64,000 bases of DNA from an uncultured delta proteobacterium (GCA_947259215.1 CAMYLJ010000008.1:46673-110672); one strand, 5' to 3'; shown: positions 1 to 10,227, numbered from the stretch's first letter. Notes: generated by a model from the letters alone, not told the origin. Made by a program: numbers and translations.

Positions 1-1456
1 ACTGCGTCCCCTCGTTGCCCATGCACGCGAGGGCCGAAACGTCGCCCACCCGACGCGGGTCCATCAGCATCACCATCGTGTGGCAGCCGATCCCGGCCGC
101 CACCAGCGAGCCTTCGGGCACCTGGGTGCTGCGGTTGTGCGGGCAGCCGGAGCAGTAGAAGGGCGTGCGCTGCACCGCGAGCGGGGCGGCGTCCGGGCGC
201 GCAGCCGGCGCCTCCGGCGCCAGGCGATCGGCGAGCCGCGGCGTCAGCCGCCGGCGCAGCGCAGGCAGCAGGGAGTCGGCCGAGAGGCTGCCGTGGCCCC
301 GCAGCAGCGGTCGTTCGCGCTCGTCGAGCTTCCCGGTCACGAGCGGGTGCCGCGTCTCGTTGTAGAGCGCGTCCTTCACGAGCGACTCGATGTTCGGCTG
401 CTTCTCCTCGATCACGAGCAGCTCTTCGAGCCCGCGCGCGAAGTGGCGCACGGTGTCCGGATCGAAGGGCAGGGGCATCTGCATCTCCAGCAGCCGGATG
501 CCCGCGGCTGCCACGGCCTCGTCGCCGGCGAGGCCGAGGCGCCGCAGCGCCTCGCGCAGCTCGCGGTAGGTGATTCCCGACGAGACGATTCCGATCCAGG
601 CGTCCGCGGGATCGACGGTGGTGCGATTCAGCCGGTTCGCCGAGGCGTACTCGACGGCGAGGGCGTAGCGGATCTCGTAGATCTCGCGCTCGAGCTCGAG
701 GGTATGAGGGGTAAGGAGCTTGCCGTCGGGCACGTGCACGTAGGGCCTGCCCTCGTGCAGCGGGATCTCGGGTCGCACGCGCTCCGGATCGAGGTGCACG
801 CTGCTGCTCCCGTCGGCGACGTCCGCCACGATCTTCAGGCTCGTCCACAGCCCCGTGCAGCGGGAGAGCGCGATCGCGTGGCGTCCGAGCTCGAGGGCTT
901 CCGCGGGATCTCCCGGATACAGCAGGGGGATGTGCATGTCGAAGAGCGCGCCGGCCGACGAAGAAGGCAGGGTCGAGCTCTTGGCGTTCGGATCGTCGCC
1001 CACCAGCGCTACGGCGCCACCGCGCGGATCGCTGCCGGCGTAGACCGCGTGGCGCAGCGCGTCGCTCGCGCGGTCCACCCCTGGCGCCTTGCCGTACCAG
1101 ATCCCGACGACGCCGTCGTAGCGCGCGTCGGGCTGGGCCGCCGCGAGCTGCGACCCCATCACCGCGGTCGCGGCGTACTCCTCGTTCAGCGCCGGACGGC
1201 AGACGATGGGAAGGTCGGGCACCTCGCGCACGGCGGCCGCGATGGTCTTGTCGTAGCCGCCCAGCGGCGATCCCGGGTAGCCGGACACGAAGGCGGCGGT
1301 GCGCAGGCCCGCGGCGCGATCGGCGCGCAGCTGCTCGATCGGGAGCCGCGCGAGCGCCTGGATGCCGGTCATGTAGACCGTGCCGCGCTCCGCCGTGTAG
1401 CGGTCCGAGAGCCGGTAGCCCTCCCCGATGCCCTGGCCGTCGCGCGCTCGCTTCAC
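1..1456 (-). CDS. Indolepyruvate ferredoxin oxidoreductase family protein (fused type), 3' part runs off the window
   Basis: Manual minus-strand translation from GTG 1456: YRLSDRYTAERGTVYMTGIQALARLP...FVSGYPGSPLGGYD, and GIGCHTMVMLM near the left end. Missing from the ORF track because its stop is outside the window. Confidence 0.9.
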   Translation of the reverse strand, partial: MKRARDGQGIGEGYRLSDRYTAERGTVYMTGIQALARLPIEQLRADRAAGLRTAAFVSGYPGSPLGGYDKTIAAAVREVPDLPIVCRPALNEEYAATAVMGSQLAAAQPDARYDGVVGIWYGKAPGVDRASDALRHAVYAGSDPRGGAVALVGDDPNAKSSTLPSSSAGALFDMHIPLLYPGDPAEALELGRHAIALSRCTGLWTSLKIVADVADGSSSVHLDPERVRPEIPLHEGRPYVHVPDGKLLTPHTLELEREIYEIRYALAVEYASANRLNRTTVDPADAWIGIVSSGITYRELREALRRLGLAGDEAVAAAGIRLLEMQMPLPFDPDTVRHFARGLEELLVIEEKQPNIESLVKDALYNETRHPLVTGKLDERERPLLRGHGSLSADSLLPALRRRLTPRLADRLAPEAPAARPDAAPLAVQRTPFYCSGCPHNRSTQVPEGSLVAAGIGCHTMVMLMDPRRVGDVSALACMGNEGTQ

Positions 1457-1662
1457 TGGCCGTTCTCCGGCCAGACGTATCGGTCGTCCGGCCTCCCAGC
1501 CGTCGCCTCGACATTAGCACGCAACTCCCGGCGCAAGCTCCTGGAGTGCCGTCCCGGCAGGAGGGTAGCTCGCCGCTCGCGCAAACGTGTTTCAGGCCGC
1601 GGGCGCATCCGGACGATGATGGCTGCTCGGGGCTGGAGCGTTTACGACGGGAGCTGGGGCGA

Positions 1663-2187
1663 ATGGAGAAGCGCAGGCAGCAGCGGAGCCGGCGCCGGAT
1701 CACCTGTGAGCTGGTGATCGACGGAAAGCACCACCCTGCCATCGTGCGCGACGTTTCCCGTGCGGGTCTCTTCGTGCAGACCCGGGCGCGACCGGAGCTG
1801 AACAGCGCCATACAGCTGGTCTTTTCCGCCGAGGGGGACCGGCCGGAGATCCGGGTCGAGGCGGGGGTGGCGCGGGAGCGCGCCGTACCCGCAGGGCTCG
1901 AGTCCGAGGTGCCCGGCGGGATCGGGCTCGAGGTGCTGGATGCGCCGCCCGCCTACCACGAGCTGGTCGCCGAAGCCGGCTTGCAGCCCGCGGGCCCCGG
2001 GCCGGCGGCCGAGACGGGCCCGACGTCCGATCCGGGCATCCGCACCTTCCGCGTGCGGCTGATCGAGCGCGGGACGCCCAACGCCACGGTCCTGACCGTT
2101 CGCTCCGAGAGCGCTGAGGGAGCCCGCGCCCGCGCCCTCACGCGCGCCGGCCGCGGCTGGAAGATCGCGGCGATCCAGGAGATCTAG
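1663..2187 (+). CDS. PilZ-domain protein with C-terminal extension
   Basis: RQQR and RDVSRAG match the PilZ RxxxR and DxSxxG c-di-GMP motifs; ATG 1663 within ORF 1546-2187. Confidence 0.8.
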   Translation: MEKRRQQRSRRRITCELVIDGKHHPAIVRDVSRAGLFVQTRARPELNSAIQLVFSAEGDRPEIRVEAGVARERAVPAGLESEVPGGIGLEVLDAPPAYHELVAEAGLQPAGPGPAAETGPTSDPGIRTFRVRLIERGTPNATVLTVRSESAEGARARALTRAGRGWKIAAIQEI

Positions 2188-2870
2188 GCTCCCGCCGAGG
2201 TCACGGCGTCGAACGCGTCGAGATCCTGGCAGGCCGTGACCAGACGCGAGATGTTCGCTTCGGTGATGGCCGGACCGAAGGCACGGGCGGCGTGATGAGC
2301 CAGCCGATCACGAGGCCCCAGATCACGGCGAGGCGATAGCGAGCAGGTCGCGGATCGAATCGAGCGGCACGTCGCGGGTGGCGTTCGGGAAGCTCGCACC
2401 GCGCAGGGTGACGTCCTCCATCAGGATCCCGAAGTGGCGGCTCTTCGCGTCGAAGAGTCCTCCGAACGCCCGGGGTGCTTCCAGATCCAGCTGCGGTCGG
2501 ATCTCCGTGTAGAAGCGGACCTCGTTCGCGTACATGGGGTCGGGCGCGTGAGGGAAGAAGCGCTGGTAGGCGCCGACGAGCACGAAGAGCAGTGAGCGTA
2601 CGCCGCCGTCGACCGCGGGCAGGCTTTCGGTGGCGCGCGAAGCCCGGGCCAGGGACAGCACGGCCGGCAGACCGAAGCGCAGCAGTGGATGGAGAAGCAG
2701 GGTCTTCAGGATCATCCGCGAGGGCAGACCACCGTCGCGGCCCGGCGCGAACTCGACGCCGAGCGCGATCCGGTCGGCCGTGGAGGCGATTCCGTCCCCG
2801 CAGCGCGCGCGTTCGAGGACCTCGACCGCGCGCACGACCACGTCCGGGTGGAGCCGGCGCAGCATCGCCT
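2184..2870 (-). pseudogene. Choline/ecdysteroid-kinase-like phosphotransferase, internally deleted
   Basis: N-lobe (YANEVRFYTEIRP...ILMEDV) jumps near 2340 to C-terminal YRLAVIWGLVIGWLITPPV and then FGPAITEANISRL in other frames; the catalytic HGD region is absent. Confidence 0.65.
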
Positions 2871-3112
2871 GTACGCCCGCTAGGGACCCGAGGTCAAGAC
2901 GATCCGCTCGGACGTGAGCGATCCGGGTGAATCCACCAGCGAGACCGGCGTCGTGCGAATCCGCCTGGGCGACGACGAGCCGTGGGCGGGCCTCGTGCTC
3001 CCGGAGAGCGAGGCCACGGGCGCCTTGTCCGAGTGGCGCGGCGGCGCGAGCCTGGCGCCGGAGGACTGAGTGGCGCCCGCTTCGGGAACGGTCCGGGGTA
3101 TCCTGTCCGGCC

Positions 3113-4201
3113 ATGAGCGAGCACCCGACGCGCCGTCCCGAGCTTCTCCCGCTTCCGCCCCAGCCCACGGGCGTGCCCTGGCCGACGAGGGAGTGGCCCC
3201 GGGCGGAGCTCGACCGCCGGGTCGACCGGGCGGCTCTGGACGGGCTGCTCGACCACGCCTTCGCGCGCCCCGAGCCCGAGGACCTGGAGCGCACCCACGC
3301 GGTCGTGGTCGTGCACCGCGGCGCGATCGTGGCCGAGCGCTACGGGGAGGGCGCCGGTCCCGACGACCCCTGCCGCTCCTGGTCGATGGCCAAGAGCATC
3401 ACCAACGCGCTGATCGGCATTCTCGTGCGTGAGGGCCGGCTCGACATCTTCGAGCCGATCCCGGTGAAGGAATGGGATGCGGACGACCCGCGCGCGCGCA
3501 TCACCACGGACCAGATGCTGCGCATGGTCGACGGGCTGCGCTTCCGCGAGGCCGAGCACCTGGGCGGCGGCGCGGTCCGCTACTACCCCGAGGAGGAGTC
3601 GGACGTCATCCCGATGCTCTTCGGCGCGGGCCGGAAGGACGTCGCCGCCTTCGCCGCGACCCTGCCCAGCGTGGCGGAGCCCGAGACCCGCTGGAACTAC
3701 AACAGCGGCGCCAGCAACCTGCTGGCGCGGCTGGTGGGCGAGATCGCCGGCGGCGGAGGAGGCGAGAAGACACTCGCCTTCATGCAGCGCGAGCTCTTCG
3801 CGCCGCTCGGCATGAAGACCGCGAGCCCGACCTTCGACGAGGCCGGCCACTTCATCGGCTCGAGTCACTGCGCCTGCAGCGCGCGCGACTTCGCGCGCTT
3901 CGGCCTGCTGTACCTGCGCGACGGCCTGTGGGAAGGGAAGCGCATCCTGCCCGAAGGCTGGGTCGACTACAGCCGGACGCCCAGTCCCCAGTCCGAGGGC
4001 CTCTACGGGGCCCACTTCTGGGTAGTCCCCGGCAGCCTCGGCATCTTCCATTGCAGCGGTGCGTGGGGGCAGCGGATCATGATCGTCCCGAAGCTCGACC
4101 TGGTGGTCGTGCGGGTGGGACAGACCGCGCCGCACAAGGTCGCCGCGGTGGTCCGCCAGTGCAGGGAGCTGATCGACGCGTTCCGGCCGACGGCGCTGTG
4201 A
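3113..4201 (+). CDS. Serine hydrolase, beta-lactamase class C-like family
   Basis: SMAK (SxxK) and YNS motifs, ARFGLLYL. Confidence 0.9.
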   Translation: MSEHPTRRPELLPLPPQPTGVPWPTREWPRAELDRRVDRAALDGLLDHAFARPEPEDLERTHAVVVVHRGAIVAERYGEGAGPDDPCRSWSMAKSITNALIGILVREGRLDIFEPIPVKEWDADDPRARITTDQMLRMVDGLRFREAEHLGGGAVRYYPEEESDVIPMLFGAGRKDVAAFAATLPSVAEPETRWNYNSGASNLLARLVGEIAGGGGGEKTLAFMQRELFAPLGMKTASPTFDEAGHFIGSSHCACSARDFARFGLLYLRDGLWEGKRILPEGWVDYSRTPSPQSEGLYGAHFWVVPGSLGIFHCSGAWGQRIMIVPKLDLVVVRVGQTAPHKVAAVVRQCRELIDAFRPTAL

Positions 4202-4204
4202 TCG

Positions 4205-5059
4205 TCAGGCCAGCGCCTCCAGCGCCCGCAGCGTACCCCCGACGTAGCCTCCGCCGAACTTGATCGCGTGCACCACCAGCGGCGCCAGCTGGTGGAGGGG
4301 CACCCGGTCGGCCCAGCCGTCGGTCAGGGGCGAGACCTCGGCGTAGGCCGCGAAGCACGCGTCGCCGAACCCGCCAAAGAGTCGCATCATCGCCAGGTCG
4401 AACTCACGATGGCCACCGTGGGCTGCGGGGTCGATCAGCCAGCTGACGCCGCCCGCACCCACGACGCGGTTTCCGCCCCAGAGGTCGCCGTGGAGACGGG
4501 CTGGGGGCTCGATCGGACCGCCGAGCTCCGGGAGTCGGCCGGCGACGGCTTCGAGGTTCCGGATCGCCGACAGCGGCAGCGCTCGCTCGTCGGACGCGAG
4601 CCGGGCGAGCGGGAGCAGGCGGTTCGTCGCGTAGAAATCGACCCAGGTCTCACACGGCTCGTTGGGGAGACCGCGGCTGCCCGTCCGGCGCCGATCCTCC
4701 CGTCCGAACGACGGGGCGCCTGCCGCGTGGGTTGCGGCCAGGGCGCGCCCGAAGGTTGCTTCGGTCGCGGCACCCGGGCGCCCGTGTTCGATCCACTCGA
4801 GGATCAGGAGCGGCGGGTCGTCGGAGACTCCGAGCACCTCGGGGATGGGTACGGCATCCGCCTCCCGCAGCCACGCCAGGCCGGCCGCCTCGGTGACGAA
4901 GAACCCGGGCGGAGCCCCCGGGCGGGTCTTGGCGAAGACCGTGCCGCCGTCCCCCAGGCGCACCCGGAAGGCGTCGGCGACGTCCCCGCCGCTCACCGGG
5001 GTCAGCGCCACGATGTCGCGGTCCAGCGCGCGGGCGATGTGTTCGCGAAGGTCGCTCAT
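4205..5059 (-). CDS. Fructosamine kinase family protein
   Basis: LHGDLWGGN, LIDPA, GHREFDLAM motifs. Confidence 0.92.
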   Translation of the reverse strand: MSDLREHIARALDRDIVALTPVSGGDVADAFRVRLGDGGTVFAKTRPGAPPGFFVTEAAGLAWLREADAVPIPEVLGVSDDPPLLILEWIEHGRPGAATEATFGRALAATHAAGAPSFGREDRRRTGSRGLPNEPCETWVDFYATNRLLPLARLASDERALPLSAIRNLEAVAGRLPELGGPIEPPARLHGDLWGGNRVVGAGGVSWLIDPAAHGGHREFDLAMMRLFGGFGDACFAAYAEVSPLTDGWADRVPLHQLAPLVVHAIKFGGGYVGGTLRALEALA

Positions 5060-5132
5060 CAGCCCCGCCTGGAATAGCGTACTACGCTCCGAGCGCCTTC
5101 CCCCAGGACCCGAAGCATGGGAGTCCCGAACG

Positions 5133-5399
5133 ATGGCCGAGACCCGCGACGCCGACGGCTACTGGAGGGCCAATCTGCGCCTCGTGCTGGGCCTGCTCCT
5201 GGTCTGGTTCCTCGTCTCCTACGGCTTCGGAATCCTGTTCGTCGACCTGCTCAACCGGGTCCGGATCCCGGGCACCGGCTTTCCGCTCGGGTTCTGGTTC
5301 GCGCAGCAGGGGTCGATCTACGTCTTCGTGGTCCTGATCTTCGTCTACGTCTGGCGCATGAACCGGCTCGACGCCGAGTTCGGCGTGGCCGAGGACTAG
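5133..5399 (+). CDS. DUF4212 small membrane partner of SSS transporter
   Basis: YWRANL...GFPLGFWFAQQGSIYVF; directly upstream of the SSS gene. Confidence 0.9.
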   Translation: MAETRDADGYWRANLRLVLGLLLVWFLVSYGFGILFVDLLNRVRIPGTGFPLGFWFAQQGSIYVFVVLIFVYVWRMNRLDAEFGVAED

Positions 5400-5402
5400 C
5401 TC

Positions 5403-6999
5403 GTGAACGTCCAGGCCTGGACCTTCGTCATCGTCGGGCTGACCTTCGCGCTCTACATCGGCGTCGCGATCCGGTCGCGCGCCTCCTCCACCAGGGACTT
5501 CTACGTGGCCGGCGTCGGCGTGTCGCCGCTGGCGAACGGGCTGGCCACGGCGGCGGACTGGATGTCGGCCGCCTCCTTCATCTCGATGGCGGGCCTGATC
5601 TCGTTCCTGGGCTTCGACGGGTCGGTCTACCTCATGGGGTGGACCGGAGGCTACGTGCTGCTGGCCCTGCTGCTCGCGCCCTACCTGCGGAAGTTCGGCC
5701 AGTACACGGTGCCCGACTTCGTAGGCCAGCGGTACTACTCGCGGCTCGCGCGGATCGTGGCGGTGGTGTGCGCGATCTTCGTGTCGTTCACGTATGTGGC
5801 AGGGCAGATGCGCGGAGTGGGGATCGTCTTCAGCCGCTTCCTCGAGGTCGACATCACGTACGGCGTCCTGATCGGCATGGGGCTCGTCTTCTTCTACGCC
5901 GTCCTGGGCGGGATGAAGGGCATCACGTTCCGCCGATCTCGCGTCGGGCGAGTACCTTCTCGACCGCCTGAACGGACTTCACGCCGAGCTGGGATTTGCC
6001 CCCTACACCGATGGCAGCAAGGGCACCCTGGACCTGCTCGCGATCACTGCCGCGCTGATGGTCGGGACGGCGGGTCTGCCCCACGTCCTCATCCGCTTCT
6101 TCACGGTGCCCCGCGTCCGGGACGCGCGCACCAGCGTGGGCTGGGCCCTGGTGTTCATCGCGATCCTGTACACGACCGCACCCGCGGTCGCCGTCTTCGC
6201 GCGAACCAACCTGCTGAACACCGTGAGTGAGCAGCCGTACGCCGACGTGCCGGAGTGGTTCAAGACCTGGGAGGGCACGGGTCTGATCCGCTACGAGGAC
6301 CGCAACGGCGACGGCCGGATCCAGTACGTGGGGGCGGGCTCGCCGCAGCAGAACGAGCTCACGATCGACCGGGACATCATGGTGCTCGCGAACCCCGAAA
6401 TCGCGGGCTTGCCGGCCTGGGTGATCGGCCTCGTCGCGGCGGGCGGGCTCGCCGCCGCGCTCTCGACCGCGGCCGGCCTGCTGCTCGTGGTCTCGTCGGC
6501 GGTGAGCCACGACCTGTTGAAGAGCACGATCCGGCCCCGCATCACCGAGCGCGGTGAGCTCCTCGCGGCCCGCGTGAGCGCGGCCGTGGCGGTCGTGGTA
6601 GCCGGCTACCTGGGCATCGATCCGCCCGGCTTCGTCGCCGAGGTGGTGGCGTTCGCCTTCGGCCTGGCGGCCTCGTCATTCTTCCCGGTCCTGATCCTCG
6701 GCATCTTCTGGAAGCGCATGAACCGGGAGGGAGCGATCGCGGGGATGGTCACGGGCATCGGCTTCACGGCCGCGTACATCGTGTACTTCAAGTTCGTGAA
6801 CCCGGCGGCCAACGTGCCCGACCGCTGGCTCCTCGGCATCTCGCCCGAAGGCATCGGAACCCTCGGGATGCTGCTCAACTTCGGGGTCGCGAGCGGCGTC
6901 GCGCTGGTCACGCCCCCGCCGCCCGAGATCGTCCAACGGCTGGTGGACGAGATCCGGGTTCCGAAGGGCGCAGGTCCGGCCCACGAGATCCGCGCGTAG
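5403..6999 (+). pseudogene. Sodium:solute symporter (ActP-like), frameshifted by an internal deletion
   Basis: [12 protein letters not shown]...GGMKGIT in one frame, continuing as [14 protein letters not shown]...[10 protein letters not shown] in another from 5929. Confidence 0.85.
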
Positions 7000-7083
7000 C
7001 GCGGAGACACGTCCGATCCCGCGGGAAATTGTTGCCGTGGCACCTTGATTCTTGAACCCGGCACGTGGACACTGGAACGCGCC

Positions 7084-7308
7084 ATGGAGAAGAAGCCCGA
7101 TCCGGTGGAAGGCGGCGCGCTCGCCTCGGCCAATGCCCTCGGCACGATCGATGAAGTGCGTGCGCTGCTCGAGTCGGCTATGCACCACGATCTGGCCGAC
7201 CGCGCGGCCAGCGTGAAGCAGAAGCTCGACGCCGCGCACGAGGCGCTGGAGGCCGCCCACCGCGAGACGGGCGGCGCCCTGGGCCGCAGGCGCTCCTGGG
7301 CGTGGTGA
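7084..7308 (+). CDS. Hypothetical helical protein (possibly truncated ElaB/YqjD-like)
   Basis: ATG 7084, amphipathic helix, overlaps the next ORF; family call is inference from context. Confidence 0.4.
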   Translation: MEKKPDPVEGGALASANALGTIDEVRALLESAMHHDLADRAASVKQKLDAAHEALEAAHRETGGALGRRRSWAW

Positions 7309-7553
7309 GGCACCTCGAGCACGAGAAGGCGCTGCTGGAGGCGAAGATCGAGGCGCATCGCCGGGTCCTGGGTCTGGAGGTGCGTGCCGCGCGCTCCGCG
7401 TTCGATCCGATCGGGATCGCGCCGTCGTTCCTCGACGCGGACCCGCGGGTGGTGGAGGTCCTGCCGCCGCTGCTGCGCGCCATCACGGCCAGCATGGGTC
7501 GGGACTCCGACCACGCCGAGGCCGAACCCGGCGACGAGCCGGACGGAGCGTGA
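7302..7553 (+). CDS. Hypothetical protein (YqjK-like position)
   Basis: 83-aa ORF coupled by a GTGA overlap to the AI-2E gene. Confidence 0.5.
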   Translation: MVRHLEHEKALLEAKIEAHRRVLGLEVRAARSAFDPIGIAPSFLDADPRVVEVLPPLLRAITASMGRDSDHAEAEPGDEPDGA

Positions 7554-8668
7554 GCGTGCCCCCGGTTCACGAGCGCCCCACGTTGATCCGGGAGAGCCTG
7601 TTCACCCCGTTCTTCTTCGCGGTCTTCTTCTTCCTGATCTACCAGTTCTACCTCTTCCTCTCGCCGTTCGCGGCGCCGCTGTTCCACGCCGGCGTCTTCG
7701 CGATCATCTTCTCCCCGCTGACCACGCGCGTGGTCGCGCTGCTGCGGGGATCGCGAACCCTGGGCGCACTGATCATGACGGTCGCGACTGTGTTGCTCGT
7801 ACTCGTGCCGCTGTCGATCCTGCTCTCGATGCTGGTCGCCGAGGCCGCCGACTTCTACGAGCGGGCCGATGAGATCGGGAGCCAGGCCCGGGAGGAGCGC
7901 CAGGCGATCCTGGCGTGGTTCCGTGACTTCTGGGAGAAGCTCGAGGGTCGCTTCCCGTTCCTGGCTTCCCTCGACCTCTCCGCTGCGCCCCTGGCGGCGT
8001 CCAAGCGCATCGCAAGCTGGGTCGCGGAAGAGAGCCAGGCCCTGGCGACCGGAGCCGCGGCGACGCTGCTCGGCGCCGCGATGATGCTGGTAGCCCTGTT
8101 CTTCTTCTTCCGGGACGGGGACCGCATCGCCGCCCTCGTGCGCGAGCTGATTCCCATGCGGCCGGTCTACCGGGATCGCATCCTGAAGCGTCTCTACGAC
8201 ACGCTCCAGGTCGTCGTCCAGAGCAGCCTCGCGATCGCCGTGCTCCAGGGAATCGTCGCGGGAGTCGGCTACGCCTTGCTCGGAGGCCTCTCGGTGAGCG
8301 TCTTCCTGGCCTTCCTCACTGGCGTGGCCTCGCTCGTGCCCGTCGTGGGTTCCGCGTTGATCTGGGTCCCTACAGCGATCTACGTGCTCTTCGGCGTAGA
8401 GGTCTGGCGCGGGATCGCCCTGTTGCTGTGGGGCGCCCTGGTCGTGGGCTCCATCGACAACATCGTGCGGCCCGTGATGATCGGGGGCCGCGTGCAGATC
8501 CCGACCGTGCTGCTGCTCTTCGCGATCCTGGGCGGCATCCAGGTGTACGGGATGCTGGGCATCATCGTGGCGCCGGTCGTCGTGGCGATCCTGATCGGGT
8601 TCGTGGAGATCTACCGCGAACGCCTCGCCGACCTGGCGGCGGACGACGCGCCCGCGGAAGCGGACTGA
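7550..8668 (+). CDS. AI-2E family transporter
   Basis: Multi-TM; IDNIVRP, GGIQVYGMLGIIVAP motifs. Confidence 0.92.
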   Translation: MSVPPVHERPTLIRESLFTPFFFAVFFFLIYQFYLFLSPFAAPLFHAGVFAIIFSPLTTRVVALLRGSRTLGALIMTVATVLLVLVPLSILLSMLVAEAADFYERADEIGSQAREERQAILAWFRDFWEKLEGRFPFLASLDLSAAPLAASKRIASWVAEESQALATGAAATLLGAAMMLVALFFFFRDGDRIAALVRELIPMRPVYRDRILKRLYDTLQVVVQSSLAIAVLQGIVAGVGYALLGGLSVSVFLAFLTGVASLVPVVGSALIWVPTAIYVLFGVEVWRGIALLLWGALVVGSIDNIVRPVMIGGRVQIPTVLLLFAILGGIQVYGMLGIIVAPVVVAILIGFVEIYRERLADLAADDAPAEAD

Positions 8669-8684
8669 AGGCTCTTCCCAACCC

Positions 8685-9017
8685 GTGCCCCACTACGCCT
8701 GCATCATCCAGGAGGGACAGACCGCCCACCAGCGGCAGGAGCTGCTGGCGGAAGGACTGCGTCGGATCGGCCAGGAGTCCTTTGGCGACGATCCCACGGC
8801 GACCGAGATCGCCTGGATCGTGATGAAGAAAGGGTTCGCCTGGACGGCCGGCGAGCCGAGCACGTCCTCGATCGTCGTCCGCTCGGTTCCTGTCGGCCTG
8901 CCCCTCGACCGGAGGGAGGCCTTCATGCGCAAGGTCTGCGACCTGTGGGAGAAAGAGACGGGCTGCTCGATCAACGAGATCGTCGTCACCGCCTGGGACG
9001 GTCCGCTTCCCCTCTAG
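8685..9017 (+). CDS. Tautomerase-superfamily protein (Pro-1)
   Basis: Begins (M)PHYAC; apparent double beta-alpha-beta pattern; paired with the next gene. Confidence 0.6.
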   Translation: MPHYACIIQEGQTAHQRQELLAEGLRRIGQESFGDDPTATEIAWIVMKKGFAWTAGEPSTSSIVVRSVPVGLPLDRREAFMRKVCDLWEKETGCSINEIVVTAWDGPLPL

Positions 9018-9033
9018 CCACGAGGAGATTCCG

Positions 9034-9420
9034 ATGCCCCTCTACCGCTGCGCCGTTTCCGAAGGTCTCACCACGGAAGCGCAACGCGCCCGGATCGCCA
9101 AGGAAGTGGTTCGAATCCACTGCGAAGTGAGCGCGGCGCCGCCCTCCTTCGTCCACGCCTTCTTCACGGAGACGCCCGCCGCGGAGCTTCCCGAAGGCAG
9201 GCTGGCCTTCGTGCTGGGATCGATCCGTTGGGGTCGGACCGACGAGCAGAAGGCGCGCATCGTGTCGGAGCTCACCGACGTCGTGGCGGAGGTGATCGGC
9301 CGCGACCGGGATGCCGTCGCCGTCGTCACCGCCGACGTGCCCTCCAAGTGGAACATGGAGGGCGGCGAGCTCCTGCCCGAGGCGGGCGAAGAGGCCGAAT
9401 GGCTGGAGCGGCACCGATAG
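9034..9420 (+). CDS. Tautomerase family protein, cis-CaaD/Cg10062-like
   Basis: RBS AGGAG; MPLYRC (Pro-1), His in IHCE, RWGR, MEGG. Confidence 0.8.
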   Translation: MPLYRCAVSEGLTTEAQRARIAKEVVRIHCEVSAAPPSFVHAFFTETPAAELPEGRLAFVLGSIRWGRTDEQKARIVSELTDVVAEVIGRDRDAVAVVTADVPSKWNMEGGELLPEAGEEAEWLERHR

Positions 9421-9499
9421 GAGTCGAGGGCACCCTCCTTCAGAGAGCGCCCTCGTTCTCCCACGCCACCGATTCGATACGGCCCGCGCTACGCGGCGC

Positions 9500-9769
9500 T
9501 CAGATCCCCGCGCCGGCCATGATGCCGGGCTCCGGGGCCACGTCCGGGGCGGTGATCAAGCCCACGTTGAGGGCAGCCACGTAGACCCAGTCGAATCCCG
9601 CGAAGCTCTTGTACGCGCCACGGAAGGCCAGGCTCAGCGCCAGGTGTTCGACGAAGACCCCCAGCGACGGCAAGGCGGCCAGACCGGCCATCACCGAAGC
9701 CGAGATCACGGAGGTCACCCCCGCGACGAGTGTTACGGCGTAGGCTGCGAAGATCTTGTCGTTGTCCAC
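9500..9769 (-). CDS. Small hydrophobic hypothetical protein
   Basis: Purine-rich RBS region (AGGAG..GAGG) before GTG 9769; sigma54-like promoter upstream. Confidence 0.55.
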   Translation of the reverse strand: MDNDKIFAAYAVTLVAGVTSVISASVMAGLAALPSLGVFVEHLALSLAFRGAYKSFAGFDWVYVAALNVGLITAPDVAPEPGIMAGAGI

Positions 9770-9834
9770 GGCTCTGTCCTCTTCTCTCCTGGTTCGCTGA
9801 ATCCAATCGATCATTCGATCGCGTGCGTGCGAAA

Positions 9835-9850
9835 TGCAGGCTCCGTGCCA
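9835..9850 (-). promoter_or_regulatory. Sigma54 -24/-12 promoter candidate
   Basis: Minus strand TGGCACGGAGCCTGCA = GG-N10-GC. Confidence 0.6.
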
Positions 9851-10227
9851 GCGGGCCGGGCAACCGGTGTCGTCCAGGCGTCACCCTTCCTGGCCGAATG
9901 TCCAACCGAGCCGCCGCAAGAGGCAGAGCACGAAAATCCGCTCCGTTGCGCGAAAGTCTGCGCGTGACAGTTCGCTTGACTGCGGGTCAGGGAATTCGTT
10001 CCAGCGATTCGAACCGATTTGCCTCGCGCGGATTTCCGCTTCGATCCGTGGCGAAGATCCACATCCGGTTGTGGCCGATTGGGCAGAACGTCTCAGTCGT
10101 TCCGATCCGGTGTCGGCGCGATGACTTCGCGTCGACGAATGCGCGCGTGAACACGTGATCGGGCTGGACAATTCGACAACGAACGCTAGTGGCGCCGGGT
10201 TCCGCCGCGGCGCGCTACGCTGGCGAG

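Noticed and set aside
80-1717. 545-aa plus-strand ORF
   Set aside because: Antisense shadow of the IOR gene; typical of high-GC DNA.
3051-3067. CCTGGCGCC-GGAGGACT resembling the att with a 4-nt gap
   Set aside because: Short, gapped, GC-rich match 28 kb from the array; chance is plausible.
7049-7067. Possible sigma54 promoter near TGGCACCTTGATTCTTGAA (from 7039)
   Set aside because: Spacing does not give GG-N10-GC.
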